Of a stretch of 64,000 nt of DNA, positions 10,301 through 19,724 are shown in pieces. Below the pieces are notes generated by a model. The model ran no database searches. It was given only the letters and a program-made list of their open reading frames with translations, and was not told the DNA's origin. This stretch comes from a virus, in the IMG/VR virus record IMGVR_UViG_3300022902_000008. One strand, written 5' to 3'. Numbering within the stretch: the stretch's first letter is position 1; each line of letters begins with the position of its first letter. The position numbers and the translations under genes were made by a program.

Positions 10301-10798
10301 CAAGAACTTGTTGACTTTGAACTGAAGTATATTGGGTTTTATTTGCAATCAGATGTTTTGGCTATGTATGATAAATATATTCAAATGTTTGGTGCAATGC
10401 TAGTAAGTGAAATGAATATAATGCCAAAACAAGTTTGTGTTAATAAGTATACCCAAAAAGAATCAACTGAATACAAATATCATATTTGCGGCATTATTGT
10501 TAACTCAGTGATTAAGAAAACTAAAAAAGGAAAAGAATATAGAATTGTTGAAGTTTCAGATTATACAGGCAAGGCTAGCTCTGGGTTGTCATTTAAAATA
10601 TGGGAGCCAAAGTTAATAGAAAAGTGTTATAATTCTGAAGCCAAGGATTTGCTGAGTAAGGGTTCTGTTGTTTTGGCTAAACTCTCAAAGAATGATTTTG
10701 GATATTCATTGCAAAAGTTTGATGTTAATAATATTGAAAACATGGATATATCAAAATTCCCATTTATTAACTTGAACATTTTAAGTTTGGAGGTTTAA
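7394..10798 (+). CDS. dnaE: DNA polymerase III alpha subunit (family C)
   Basis: PHP domain (HIHSNFS..D, SDHG, DSHY), GRGSA, DLDID, KLDLLGL, FQFES, FNKSHSAAY, C-terminal OB fold; no intein seen. Confidence 0.97.
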   Translation: MKYALVHIHSNFSTLDAPSKIKNIVKKAKDIGCPGVSISDHGVAGGLLQAYNECKSQDINFIPGVEFYVNNNRDFKDKTNRKNFHLCLFAKNYEGYKDLIWLQGESTYNFYGKPRTTNELILQKAKKGNLICTTACLGSELHHYFKNNEICSAKEWIKKYYNVFGDDLYLELQINELTKEQKAYNDKLIQISNKTGISLTLGLDSHYVEKEDWFLQQLTFLIRDKKTVKSLESNDDSGEEKGKKDEAWQFETKSLWIKTPEEVIECNKEFGYNYSIDFIKRLFSSTLEINSKVDVEIPFYDYKFPKHKHQGDISSKQLLINKAKSGLKQKLSEGKVKEKDIPTYVDRIKEEIDVLTNHGRDFSDYFLFFDDIKNFVYEQGGMLGAGRGSACASLLLWLLDITKLDPIKDGLIFERFINKARLETDAADLDIDISSDELPLVEEWLKKRYGERSVCSVGNYTKFSIKNTIKDVARALAVDDDLKVINNITKTLNDKSEDVNEEWALAAKRFKKNSREYKWLEKHERDVLKWSSKLVGCIRNVGQHASGLVVVPGELYDHVPLLYHKKKTLTAYVEGVEYRELPQVGVLKLDLLGLSTAAIINNTIKLIKERHDDFPYDQKTIFDIDREDKNILDEFAKGNTDNCFQFESDGMKSLLQNICVSSFSDVVLCNALYRPGALGANMHNVAVENKFKGDDITYVHPKVKGIVEKTYGVPAFQEQVLFTLQKIGNLSLSESDLARKTIKALGKAKKSPEELEKLNAFLKTFAKGAKENGLNDKEVSKILEWLRASSDYSFNKSHSAAYSLNSYITLWLKKNYPIEFFTAVLANVQSNEEKLYTTLSEARKNNVKINYIDINESGWDFFIVDNEIYCGFGFLKGTSKKDINKVLALRPFTSINDFIQKALEHGISKKTVYPLIQTGITRNIHSNGRELIEIYERTKKICKRKSFEWDQIDDIITEVSLEDLKPYNKQELVDFELKYIGFYLQSDVLAMYDKYIQMFGAMLVSEMNIMPKQVCVNKYTQKESTEYKYHICGIIVNSVIKKTKKGKEYRIVEVSDYTGKASSGLSFKIWEPKLIEKCYNSEAKDLLSKGSVVLAKLSKNDFGYSLQKFDVNNIENMDISKFPFINLNILSLEV

Positions 10799-10831
10799 AA
10801 AAATGAAAAGTTTTTTTTATTGGCTGGTACT

Positions 10832-10862
10832 GGTTAACAGAATGTTTTGTTTGTGCTATAAT
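10832..10862 (+). promoter_or_regulatory. Early promoter copy 3
   Basis: GGTTAACA-17-TGc TATAAT. Confidence 0.85.
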
Positions 10863-10911
10863 ATGGTCTAAGGAGATCAAAATATGAAACAGTTGATGAT
10901 TGGATGGCTTA

Positions 10912-11109
10912 ATGAAAAACAAAAAATATAAAGTTGGTGAACATGTTTGGATTGATATAGGATTTTATTGTGGCCCTGCAATTATAGAGAAAGAGGACGT
11001 TGATGAAAAGTGGTTATTTGGCTATAATGTTAAAATTATGGGTGCAATGAAGGATAATATTTGGATTTCTAGAAAAGAAATTAAAGGGTTAAACAATGAC
11101 AATGCCTAG
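10912..11109 (+). CDS. SH3/KOW-like family member (minimal domain)
   Basis: YKVGEHVWID..YCGPAII...YNVKI...ISRKEI. Confidence 0.75.
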   Translation: MKNKKYKVGEHVWIDIGFYCGPAIIEKEDVDEKWLFGYNVKIMGAMKDNIWISRKEIKGLNNDNA

Positions 11110-11341
11110 ATTGGTATTAGGGCAAAGGGTTAACTTGAAGGGTGATGTCGCATGGCTCTCTAGTTGTAGAGAAAGTGGTTATTATGAAGGGCCAGTTAGG
11201 TTAATATCTAAGTTTCATAATTTATATTTATGTGAAGTTCCAATGGAGGTTTTTATCGAATTTAGTTCAACAAGAAGAAAAAATAAAACTAGAAGCTTTT
11301 GGATTATGGAAGATAAAATTAAAATGATTAAAAGGGCATAA
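11096..11341 (+). CDS. SH3/KOW-like family member
   Basis: LVLGQRV...YEGPVRL...IMEDKI. Confidence 0.6.
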   Translation: MTMPRLVLGQRVNLKGDVAWLSSCRESGYYEGPVRLISKFHNLYLCEVPMEVFIEFSSTRRKNKTRSFWIMEDKIKMIKRA

Positions 11342-11345
11342 TAAA

Positions 11346-11699
11346 ATGACTTATATACATAAAGATAAAAAGGAATGGGGTAGTTATAATAAAAATGATA
11401 TTAATTATGGAAAATGGATTAAAAGATATAAAAATAACAAGATATATGAAATTTCTAAGTTATTAACTACAACAAAAAACTTATTAAATGGAACAAATAA
11501 ATTATATGGTTTTAAAGTTGGTGAATTAGTTTGGGTTAATCATGAATTATATAGAGGGGTCGGGATAATAAAGCATTTTAGGTTTTTAGAACTGCAAAAG
11601 AGAGTTGTTGTTACTAGCTCTTATCCTTTTGCGATTATAGCTAACAAATATGGCAAGAAAGATTTAGAATGTACAAAAGAAATGATAAGAAAAGCATGA
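11346..11699 (+). CDS. SH3/KOW-like family member
   Basis: FKVGELVWVN..YRGVGII. Confidence 0.7.
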   Translation: MTYIHKDKKEWGSYNKNDINYGKWIKRYKNNKIYEISKLLTTTKNLLNGTNKLYGFKVGELVWVNHELYRGVGIIKHFRFLELQKRVVVTSSYPFAIIANKYGKKDLECTKEMIRKA

Positions 11700-12049
11700 G
11701 CAAGCAAAAATCACAACAAGTAGTGACATATAAATATGATTCTAAAATCACAAAAAACGATCTCAATGATTGCAATTTAGATACAATTATTAATTATGTT
11801 GAATTGTATTTGAAATCGAAAGCATTAAAAAAACACTTATTTGATTCAAATAAGTTAATTCAAGATAAAATATATGATAAAATAGAAAACAAAGTGAGCC
11901 AATCTACAAACAAAAGATTGTCTATTTGGAAAAAAGCAACAACAAATGAAAAAATTGTTATTAATAAGTTTGTTTGTCAAATTGATAGTCTTGGTAACAA
12001 TAAATCCATAAGAAGTGTAAATATGGTTTTTGATTTTGCCGAAGAGTAA
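11696..12049 (+). CDS. Hypothetical helical protein (triplet member 1)
   Basis: YVELYLK...IWKKATTNEK. Confidence 0.6.
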   Translation: MSKQKSQQVVTYKYDSKITKNDLNDCNLDTIINYVELYLKSKALKKHLFDSNKLIQDKIYDKIENKVSQSTNKRLSIWKKATTNEKIVINKFVCQIDSLGNNKSIRSVNMVFDFAEE

Positions 12050-12052
12050 ATT

Positions 12053-12301
12053 ATGTTAAAGACAACTAAAGAGTTTCAAGAATATATTGATCTAGTTTTG
12101 AAGGTATATGTGTTGAGGCTTTTTAGTAGGGATAAAGTATGTACAACAACAACTAAGGATCGCTGTAAGTTGAAAAAGTTGAAAAGGCTTTACGACCTTA
12201 CATTTAGATCATCTATATTGTGGGATAATTACTTGACTGATAACCAAAAAGAAAAAGGTCGGTTGTTAATAGGGAAAATATATAAAAAATATATGAATTA
12301 A
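12053..12301 (+). CDS. Hypothetical helical protein (triplet member 2)
   Basis: YIDLVLK...LWDNYLTDNQK. Confidence 0.6.
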   Translation: MLKTTKEFQEYIDLVLKVYVLRLFSRDKVCTTTTKDRCKLKKLKRLYDLTFRSSILWDNYLTDNQKEKGRLLIGKIYKKYMN

Positions 12302-12308
12302 ATAAAAA

Positions 12309-12548
12309 ATGAGTAACATAAAAAAATATATTGATTTATTAATTAAAATAAATATGTTTATTATTATAGAAGATAAGCTTTTTGAGTCTGGTAATGATAT
12401 AAACAAACAAAAGAAGCTAAATTTAATTATTAGTAATAAACAAAACAATATGAGTGAGTTATGGTATAGATTAACAGATAAAGAAAGAAAGGCAATTAGA
12501 ATTAGTTTAGACGAAATTAGCTTTGATAAAAAATTTGGTATCGTTTAG
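12309..12548 (+). CDS. Hypothetical helical protein (triplet member 3)
   Basis: YIDLLIK...LWYRLTDKER. Confidence 0.6.
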   Translation: MSNIKKYIDLLIKINMFIIIEDKLFESGNDINKQKKLNLIISNKQNNMSELWYRLTDKERKAIRISLDEISFDKKFGIV

Positions 12549-12573
12549 TTGTAATTAATAACAGGAGGGCGCT

Positions 12574-13299
12574 TTGAAGAAGGAAAAAGTTTATATTTAT
12601 CCAAATGAAAAAGAAAAAATTGGTTGTGTTGAATATGTCGATCACATGGGATCAGATAAAGATATTGTTAATGCGGCAAGAGCAAGTGTTGGTAAAGAAA
12701 GTAAAAAGCCATTCTCAGAAAAAGATAGAGAGTTAATGAAATATCTTATAGAAAATAAACACACCAGTCCTTTTGAACATGTTAAGCTTAAGTGTAGGTT
12801 TACTGTTCCATTGTTTGTTAGAAGTCAACATATGAGGCACAGATTATGGAATTTCAATGAATTAAGTCGGAGATTCACAGACAAAGATATCCAATTTTAT
12901 TTACCGAAATCATTTAGGACACAACATGAAAATAATATACAAGCAAGTAACAATGACTCAATTAATCCAAAAATTCATACTTGTGTTTCTATGGGTGAAA
13001 GCAAATTAGCAGATTTGTTAGTTGAGTCCACTACAAATAAATGTTTTATTGCATATCAAAAGTTATTAGATGCAAATATTACAAGAGAGCAAGCAAGAAT
13101 GATTCTTCCTCAAAACTTATATACAACTTATATTGGAACCTGTGATCTTCATAATTTATTTCATTTTTTATCATTAAGGCTTGGTGAACATGCTCAATAT
13201 GAAATTAGAGTTGTTGCTGAGGCATTATTGTATTATTGTGAACAGTTATTCCCGGAAGCGACAAGCTTATTTAAGGAGGTTAGGTTAGATGACATATAG
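12574..13299 (+). CDS. thyX: Flavin-dependent thymidylate synthase
   Basis: HTSPFEH, RHRx7S signature (RHRLWNFNELS), REQARMILP, HAQYEIR. Confidence 0.96.
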   Translation: MKKEKVYIYPNEKEKIGCVEYVDHMGSDKDIVNAARASVGKESKKPFSEKDRELMKYLIENKHTSPFEHVKLKCRFTVPLFVRSQHMRHRLWNFNELSRRFTDKDIQFYLPKSFRTQHENNIQASNNDSINPKIHTCVSMGESKLADLLVESTTNKCFIAYQKLLDANITREQARMILPQNLYTTYIGTCDLHNLFHFLSLRLGEHAQYEIRVVAEALLYYCEQLFPEATSLFKEVRLDDI

Positions 13300-13540
13300 A
13301 GCTTTTGAATCACATAGTTGTTGTAGACTGAAAGATGGGTTTTTAGTTGAAGTGGGTGGGTCATATTGGGTTAATATCTGTGCTGATAGGGTTAGAAATT
13401 ATAAAGGGCCAATTGTTGTTGATAGTATTGAAGCTGTAGTTTTTGATGGTGATTATACTTTTAGCATAGGCGTAAAAAAGTCTATAGGTGGTTTTTGTTT
13501 TGTGACGTTCGATGAGATAACGGTTATTTGTGAAATTTGA
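13289..13540 (+). CDS. SH3/KOW-like family member
   Basis: VEVGGSYWVN...YKGPIVV...VTFDEI. Confidence 0.65.
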   Translation: MTYRAFESHSCCRLKDGFLVEVGGSYWVNICADRVRNYKGPIVVDSIEAVVFDGDYTFSIGVKKSIGGFCFVTFDEITVICEI

Positions 13541-13826
13541 TCCAAAAAGACTCGAAAAAAGGCAATATCTTCAACAAGTAAAGTGGGGTGATAATGTCAA
13601 TATTAAGACAAATAAAACATATTGGATAGCTGTTAACTTAGGTAAAAAACATTATAAATATTATTATGGGTTAGTATATATTATTAACATTAATGAAAAT
13701 ATTTTGTTTTATGATGGTAAAAAACAGTGTTTAGACATAGTAATCATTGCAAAGTCACCAACAACAATTAATTGGGTAGTTTTCACATTAAACGATATAA
13801 CTGATATAAAGGAGGTTAAATGTTAA
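13530..13826 (+). CDS. SH3/KOW-like family member
   Basis: KTYWIA...YYGLVYI...FTLNDI. Confidence 0.6.
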   Translation: MKFDPKRLEKRQYLQQVKWGDNVNIKTNKTYWIAVNLGKKHYKYYYGLVYIININENILFYDGKKQCLDIVIIAKSPTTINWVVFTLNDITDIKEVKC

Positions 13827-14167
13827 CATTAATTAAGCCAGATCAAATTGAAACCATTAAAAAACAAATGGCATCACAAAAGGTTGTTAACATTCACTCT
13901 TACAAAAACATAAAAACAGTTTATGATTTTTATGAAAACAATTTACGAAAAATTGATTCTAAGTTTGACAATGTATACCAATGTAGGCTTGACAGTATTT
14001 TTGTTTTGTATGTCGATAAAGAAACTGGGGAGTTGACTTTACATAATGATGAGATTAAAAAAGATGCAACAACTGTTTTAGTGAGAGAAAACAACTTGGC
14101 ATTTCTTTCAAAGGATGGCAAAAAGGCCATTGATTTTCCTTTAGAAATTGAAGAACTTGAATTATAA
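13820..14167 (+). CDS. Hypothetical protein
   Basis: 115 aa ORF with GGAGG RBS. Confidence 0.65.
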   Translation: MLTLIKPDQIETIKKQMASQKVVNIHSYKNIKTVYDFYENNLRKIDSKFDNVYQCRLDSIFVLYVDKETGELTLHNDEIKKDATTVLVRENNLAFLSKDGKKAIDFPLEIEELEL

Positions 14168-14174
14168 TTAAATT

Positions 14175-14594
14175 ATGAACGATATTACTATAAATATACC
14201 CAATAAAAGCTATCAGTTTAAAGAAGGTGATTATGTTTGGGTTAACAATGCTGACTACAAGGGCTTAGGATTTGTTGATAGGGTTTCCAAATGGGATATT
14301 GAGAAAAGCCAATATAAAATTTGTATAATTTCAAAAACTGACCAAAAAAAAATTAATGAAAGTTGGTACGCACCAGCATCAGCACCAACAGCAAAAAAAA
14401 TAAAAGACATTAATGTTAATGTTTATTCTACGATTCAAGGAGATATCCAAGGAGAGATCAGCAAAGAAATCTTTAATATGATGATGCACAATGTATATAA
14501 CAATGAAAAAATATATTTAATAAACACTATGTTTAGCAAATATGAGGTTTTTAAAGAAATAGAAATAGAGTTGATGGAGGAAAAAAATGAGTGA
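14175..14594 (+). CDS. SH3/KOW-like family member with C-terminal extension
   Basis: FKEGDYVWVN..YKGLGFV. Confidence 0.7.
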   Translation: MNDITINIPNKSYQFKEGDYVWVNNADYKGLGFVDRVSKWDIEKSQYKICIISKTDQKKINESWYAPASAPTAKKIKDINVNVYSTIQGDIQGEISKEIFNMMMHNVYNNEKIYLINTMFSKYEVFKEIEIELMEEKNE

Positions 14595-14916
14595 GCAAAA
14601 AAAGGTTGAAGAAACACGAGGCCTTTCAGATTATGAAAAGCTTGGCAAAAAAATTGGTGAAATTGTAACTAAGAAGCAAGAATCTTATGGTAATGCATTC
14701 GAAAAGTCAAGTGAGGTAGTAAAAGTACTTTACCCTAATGGGATCAACCCAAATCAATATGTTGAAATGTTAACAGTTTTAAGAATTATTGACAAACTGT
14801 TTAGGGTGGCAACAGATAAAGATAACCACAATGAAGATCCATTTCTTGACATTGCAGGTTATGGCCTCTTAATGACAAAATATAAGTTAGATAAGAAGCG
14901 ACAAGAAAAAAAATAG
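14587..14916 (+). CDS. DUF1599-like / nucleotide-modification-associated MazG-fold protein
   Basis: KKQESYGNAF...RIIDKLFR...EDPFLDIAGYGLL. Confidence 0.7.
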   Translation: MSEQKKVEETRGLSDYEKLGKKIGEIVTKKQESYGNAFEKSSEVVKVLYPNGINPNQYVEMLTVLRIIDKLFRVATDKDNHNEDPFLDIAGYGLLMTKYKLDKKRQEKK

Positions 14917-14949
14917 GTATTTTATTAGAAGTTTAAAATAATTATAATT

Positions 14950-15441
14950 ATGAACAAAAATTATTTTTTAAATGAGGTCTTTAATATGGTGGATAAAGAT
15001 TATAAAATAAAATATAAGAATGAATCTTTATTAATGAAGATTCTTGGGTTTATTACAAAACCATTTTGCCCTAAATTTATGACTACATATACAACAACAG
15101 TGGGGAAAACAATATATTTGCCAACAAAGTTTGAAAGCTTTGCAAAAAGATATCAAATTATGATAATAATGCATGAAAAAAAGCATATTGAGCAATATAA
15201 AAAATATTTTCCATTTTATGGATTAATGTATTTGTTTTTACCATTTCCAATACTGTTTGCTTATTTTAGGTTAAAATTTGAATGTGAAGCATATGCTATT
15301 AACATTGATGCTAAATTAATTACATATGATGAAGTTATTGAGTCGTTATCTGGACCCACCTATTTTTGGACATGGTATTCTAAAGAAAAGATAAAGAAAC
15401 TTTTAGAGCATTATGTTGAAGAGCTTCGCTCAAAAAGATAA
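14950..15441 (+). CDS. Zincin-like HExxH protein
   Basis: TTVGKTIY...MHEKKHIEQ...FECEAY. Confidence 0.7.
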   Translation: MNKNYFLNEVFNMVDKDYKIKYKNESLLMKILGFITKPFCPKFMTTYTTTVGKTIYLPTKFESFAKRYQIMIIMHEKKHIEQYKKYFPFYGLMYLFLPFPILFAYFRLKFECEAYAINIDAKLITYDEVIESLSGPTYFWTWYSKEKIKKLLEHYVEELRSKR

Positions 15442-15469
15442 TAAAAAAACAAGATAGGAGAATTTTCAT

Positions 15470-15919
15470 ATGAATATTATTACTATTCCAATCAAAAAAA
15501 ACAAAGTAAGCGCAGTAACCCCTGCAAAATCTTCAGACACGGCTGTTGGATATGACTTATATAGTCTTGAAGATGTTAATATTTTTGCTGGAGAAACTCA
15601 TTTGATTAAATGTGGGTTTGCAGTGGCAGTACCAGAAGGCTATTGTATGATGATTGTGCCAAGGAGTGGGTTAGCTTTGAAAGAAAGCATTACTGTTTTA
15701 AATTCGCCAGGGATTGTTGATCCTGATTATCGTGGTGAAATTGGCGTTATTTTGCATAAAGTGTATAACAAAATACAACAAACTCCAACAAAAGTTATTC
15801 GTGGTGATAAAATTGCACAAGCTGTTTTTGTTAAATATTGTGAGGCCAAGTTTATTGAAGTTCCAGACCTTGAAGAAACTAAGCGTGGGGTGGGCGGTTT
15901 TGGAAGTACGGGGAAATAA
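15470..15919 (+). CDS. dut: Trimeric dUTP diphosphatase
   Basis: GYDL, PRSGLA, GIVDPDYRGEI, KIAQ, RGVGGFGSTG. Confidence 0.97.
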   Translation: MNIITIPIKKNKVSAVTPAKSSDTAVGYDLYSLEDVNIFAGETHLIKCGFAVAVPEGYCMMIVPRSGLALKESITVLNSPGIVDPDYRGEIGVILHKVYNKIQQTPTKVIRGDKIAQAVFVKYCEAKFIEVPDLEETKRGVGGFGSTGK

Positions 15920-16407
15920 TGGAAGGTTGTAATTATAAGAAGATATTAAATAGCTGGAATATTTTGGCTGAAAGTAAGGTTAGTGAAAAAGTTCAAGCTG
16001 CTGGCATCATTGCTGTTGCTGAAGATACTGGGGATATATTGTTGGCATTACGAAGTGAATATGTTGATGAGCCTGGAACGTGGGGAACAATTGGTGGTAA
16101 GGTTACAGAAGGAGATGGTTCACTAGGCTTGGGGGCACAAAGAGAGTTTTATGAGGAAACAGGTTATATGGGGCCAATGAAGTTAATTCCAGTTTACAAC
16201 TACTCAAGTAATAACTTTGAATATCAAAACTTTATTGGCTTTGTTCCAAATAAGATAACAAGCTTTGTAAAGAACTGGGAAAATAAGCAGCTTAAATGGA
16301 TGACATATGAGCAGTTATTAAAGGTAGGCCCAAAACACTCTGGACTGGCGCTGTTATTAAGTGATAATAACACTTTAGAAAAAATCAAAAAATATTCAAG
16401 TAACTGA
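15919..16407 (+). CDS. NUDIX hydrolase
   Basis: WGTIGGKVTEGD...AQREFYEETG Nudix box; N-terminal ILAE/S motif. Confidence 0.88.
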   Translation: MEGCNYKKILNSWNILAESKVSEKVQAAGIIAVAEDTGDILLALRSEYVDEPGTWGTIGGKVTEGDGSLGLGAQREFYEETGYMGPMKLIPVYNYSSNNFEYQNFIGFVPNKITSFVKNWENKQLKWMTYEQLLKVGPKHSGLALLLSDNNTLEKIKKYSSN

Positions 16408-16478
16408 AAATATAAGTTCTTTTTATATAAAAAAATAATAATTATAATATTGAAACATTAATTGTTTAGGATAAATTT

Positions 16479-18884
16479 ATGCGAAAAGATGAAACGAAAA
16501 ATATTGTAAGCTTTGATTTTGACTCTACTTTGTTAAAATATAAATATGATACAGATTATGGCCAAGTTGTTGAAGGGCCTTCTGAACAGATGATAAAAAA
16601 ACTTAAGAGTTATAAAAACAAAGGATATAAAGTATATATTGTTACTGCAAGAATTGATTGGGGTGATCAAAACTTTAACTATGGTGTCTCAATGGATCAT
16701 CCAAATTACAATCCAACACCAGAAGAGTTTGTTGAACAATATAAATTGCCTGTTGATGGTATTTATTATACAAACAATGAGCTTAAGGTTGACACATTAA
16801 AAGAATTAGGAGTTCAAATTCATTATGATGATGATGAAGAAGAAATAGAGGCTGCAAAGGATGGTGGCATTAATGCTGTTCAAGTCGACATATATAAAGA
16901 GGGTAAAGATAAAAAAATAGATAATATAAGCCACATAATCAATGAAGGAAAGTTTGAAAAAGAAACAACAGATATGTCCAGGTTTATTATCAATGAACTG
17001 ATTAATAACATAAAAGGCAATTATTTTCTAAAAGGATCAGCAACTGAAGAAAATTATTTTGCAATACCAGAAAAACATTATAAATCTATACCTGGGATAA
17101 GTTTGGCTGCATATATCGTGACTCCTGATACTAAAGAAGTAAAGGTGCCAAAAGATACAATATTAATGAGTGGAGAATACATTCCTGATAATGGGGCGTT
17201 GTTTGTAGATATAACTTTGGGTAAAGATATGGTTCGGTGGGAGAACGCTAAGGAAAAAATGAGCCTTATTGTAGCGAACCTTAAAGACACAATAAGGCAT
17301 GAATTAGAACATAGCTCTCAAGATGCTAAAAGGTTTGAAAAGTTCATAAAAGTTGGCTATGAGTCCAACAATGAAAACATAGAAGAGTATTATTTAGATA
17401 GTACTGAAGTTGAAGCATATGTTGCTGGCTTATATAAGATGGCTAAGATGCAAAAGAGATCATTTATTAAACTAATTAATATATATCTTAAAGCTATTAT
17501 AAAACCCCAAGCTCAAGAGGCTAAAATCAAAGATGTTGATGGGTTTTTGGAGAAAATTAAAAACAAATGGGTTTTGTATGCGAAAAAGAGGTTTCCAAGA
17601 GCACAGCTAAGCGAAGCCAGGACTGGCGAAGACCCAAGAATTAGCATTGTTGATCAATTAAAACCATACTCTGATGATCCGTATGCAATGTTACATATGT
17701 CAGACTCAACTAAGGTGGGAATTAATGTTAAATCAGCGGGTAAATTTGACACTCCAGTAGGAATTTATTTTTATCCCATCAAGTTAATGTGGGCAGACAT
17801 TTCTAAGTGGAGCCTCCCATATGCAGGTGAGCGTAAAAATGTATTTATTGCTAAGTTAGATAAAGATATTAAGTTATTAAGGTTTGATAATTATTTTGAA
17901 AAAAGTTACAATGAAGACATTAAAAGGCTAAAGAGTTTTTGGGAAGGCTTGTCTTTAGATAGGAAAAGGAAAGTTGTATATGCATTTGATGCAAACAAAT
18001 TTAGTCTTGCAGACAAAAACATTAATGAGTTTATAGATAAAATTATTAATGAGTTCAGCCGACATAGAGATTCAAGGCTTTCATATGATGCGTTTAAAAT
18101 ATATAAATTGTGTTTGATTTTGGCTGAGGGAGGTCGGAACACTACTCGATGGTCTGTCATAATAAACAAAATATTAGGTTATGACGGGGTTTATGACCCC
18201 GGCCTGGGCTTTATTCATGACAATGAGCCAGAGCAAGTTCTTGTATTTAGTAGCAATAAATTTAAAGTTAAAAAGTTGTTTAAGAATAAACAATATCATG
18301 TAATTACAATTATGAGTGAGTTGTTTAAAAATCATGACTTAGATAATCATAAATATATGTTAGATTATTTTCATACATTTGCTAAATTGCATAAGTTTAT
18401 AAGTACAATTAAGGTTATCAAAAACAATAGGCTTCCTAAAGAAATAAAACATTTATCAAAACATAAAGAGCAAGTTTGGAAAAATATTATATATTTTATA
18501 ACAAACATATTGCCAAAAGAAAAAGTTCTTATTAATTATAATAAATTTAATTTTATTAAACATGCTTATTTTAGTGAAAAACTTTTTGACAATGAGGTCT
18601 TTTTAGAATTTTTGGTTAATTTATATGATAAAGATAGTTTATATCACTATCTTTCAGAACAAAATATATTTGAAATTGTTAAACAACTGTTATCTAACAA
18701 TAAGCTTAAAAATAGTGATGGTGTATTTAATCTTTTAAAAGATTTTTACTTGGATCACAACGTAAAGGTTCGAGTGAAACATGACATATTTGTGGATGTT
18801 GTAAAGTTGATAGAAGAAAACAACATAACAAACCAAGATCTTATTCAGTGGCTAAAAAGTAAGAACATTATTAAAGATAAATAA
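16479..18884 (+). CDS. Multidomain protein: HAD phosphatase + HExxH zincin + ART-like domain
   Basis: FDFDSTL..VTAR..HYDD; IRHELEH..EVEAY; GIYFYP..GYDGVYD..EPEQVLVF. Confidence 0.7.
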   Translation: MRKDETKNIVSFDFDSTLLKYKYDTDYGQVVEGPSEQMIKKLKSYKNKGYKVYIVTARIDWGDQNFNYGVSMDHPNYNPTPEEFVEQYKLPVDGIYYTNNELKVDTLKELGVQIHYDDDEEEIEAAKDGGINAVQVDIYKEGKDKKIDNISHIINEGKFEKETTDMSRFIINELINNIKGNYFLKGSATEENYFAIPEKHYKSIPGISLAAYIVTPDTKEVKVPKDTILMSGEYIPDNGALFVDITLGKDMVRWENAKEKMSLIVANLKDTIRHELEHSSQDAKRFEKFIKVGYESNNENIEEYYLDSTEVEAYVAGLYKMAKMQKRSFIKLINIYLKAIIKPQAQEAKIKDVDGFLEKIKNKWVLYAKKRFPRAQLSEARTGEDPRISIVDQLKPYSDDPYAMLHMSDSTKVGINVKSAGKFDTPVGIYFYPIKLMWADISKWSLPYAGERKNVFIAKLDKDIKLLRFDNYFEKSYNEDIKRLKSFWEGLSLDRKRKVVYAFDANKFSLADKNINEFIDKIINEFSRHRDSRLSYDAFKIYKLCLILAEGGRNTTRWSVIINKILGYDGVYDPGLGFIHDNEPEQVLVFSSNKFKVKKLFKNKQYHVITIMSELFKNHDLDNHKYMLDYFHTFAKLHKFISTIKVIKNNRLPKEIKHLSKHKEQVWKNIIYFITNILPKEKVLINYNKFNFIKHAYFSEKLFDNEVFLEFLVNLYDKDSLYHYLSEQNIFEIVKQLLSNNKLKNSDGVFNLLKDFYLDHNVKVRVKHDIFVDVVKLIEENNITNQDLIQWLKSKNIIKDK

Positions 18885-19351
18885 TGAAAAAGCTGTTAAA
18901 AAAAATAATAATAGAAGAAACAAAAGAATTATACTATAATGAGTTTAAAGAGAGGTTGAAGAGGGTTAAAGCAAAAAATTCATTAATGTTAGATGATTAC
19001 GATAGCTTAGAGGTTGTTCCAATTCGCATATTAGACTTAGCTGCATTTGGAATATCTGATGGGGAATATAAGGTTCCATTAAATATGATAAATATTGTTT
19101 ACAATGATCTTGAAATTGCAGAAGGTGAGATTGATCTTAAAGTAAAAAGCGGACAATTTAATAATAACATAGAATGGGCAAAAACTGTTTTATTTAAAGA
19201 GCCAATTGAGATAAAATATAAGAGTGGAGGGTTTCAGTTGGAAGATGGTCATCACAGATATTATGCAGCAAAACTATTAAACAAACCTTGGCTTTTATCT
19301 GAAATTACAATTGATGATAGCCCAATTAAAGAGTTAGAAAGAAATGAATAG
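18884..19351 (+). CDS. ParB/Srx-like N-terminal domain protein
   Basis: LEDGHHRYYAAKLL. Confidence 0.7.
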   Translation: MKKLLKKIIIEETKELYYNEFKERLKRVKAKNSLMLDDYDSLEVVPIRILDLAAFGISDGEYKVPLNMINIVYNDLEIAEGEIDLKVKSGQFNNNIEWAKTVLFKEPIEIKYKSGGFQLEDGHHRYYAAKLLNKPWLLSEITIDDSPIKELERNE

Positions 19352-19724
19352 CGGTCTTATAGTTTCGAAATGTTTATTTTGTGGTGAATTAAATGTAATG
19401 ATCATTTATCCTAAGCATGAAAATTATTCTTGGTTTAAAGTTGCATTTGAAAACACTAATGCTTTTTTAATGGCAAAAGATAAAATGATTGTTATTGATG
19501 GCAACAAGGTAAGTCAAAGTTGGTTTAAAAGAAAACATATGCTAATTATTCAAGCTCATGAAGCAGCACATTATTTGATGGGACATACGAAAGAAACTGA
19601 TTGTACCGATGAGTTGGAACATGAAGTGGATCTGTTTGCAATAGAATTGTTAAAAAAACATAATTATGAAAAAGTAATTGAGTTTTACAAAGACTTTATA
19701 GGGGAAAAAAATGAAACTAAATAA
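19344..19724 (+). CDS. ImmA/IrrE-like zincin metallopeptidase
   Basis: AHEAAHYLMGH...EHEVDLFA. Confidence 0.7.
   Translation: MNSGLIVSKCLFCGELNVMIIYPKHENYSWFKVAFENTNAFLMAKDKMIVIDGNKVSQSWFKRKHMLIIQAHEAAHYLMGHTKETDCTDELEHEVDLFAIELLKKHNYEKVIEFYKDFIGEKNETK

Noticed and set aside
7394-10798. Intein or intron in dnaE, and stop-codon recoding
   Set aside because: The length and motif order of dnaE are normal, and genes read through under the standard code with TAA, TAG and TGA all used as stops.
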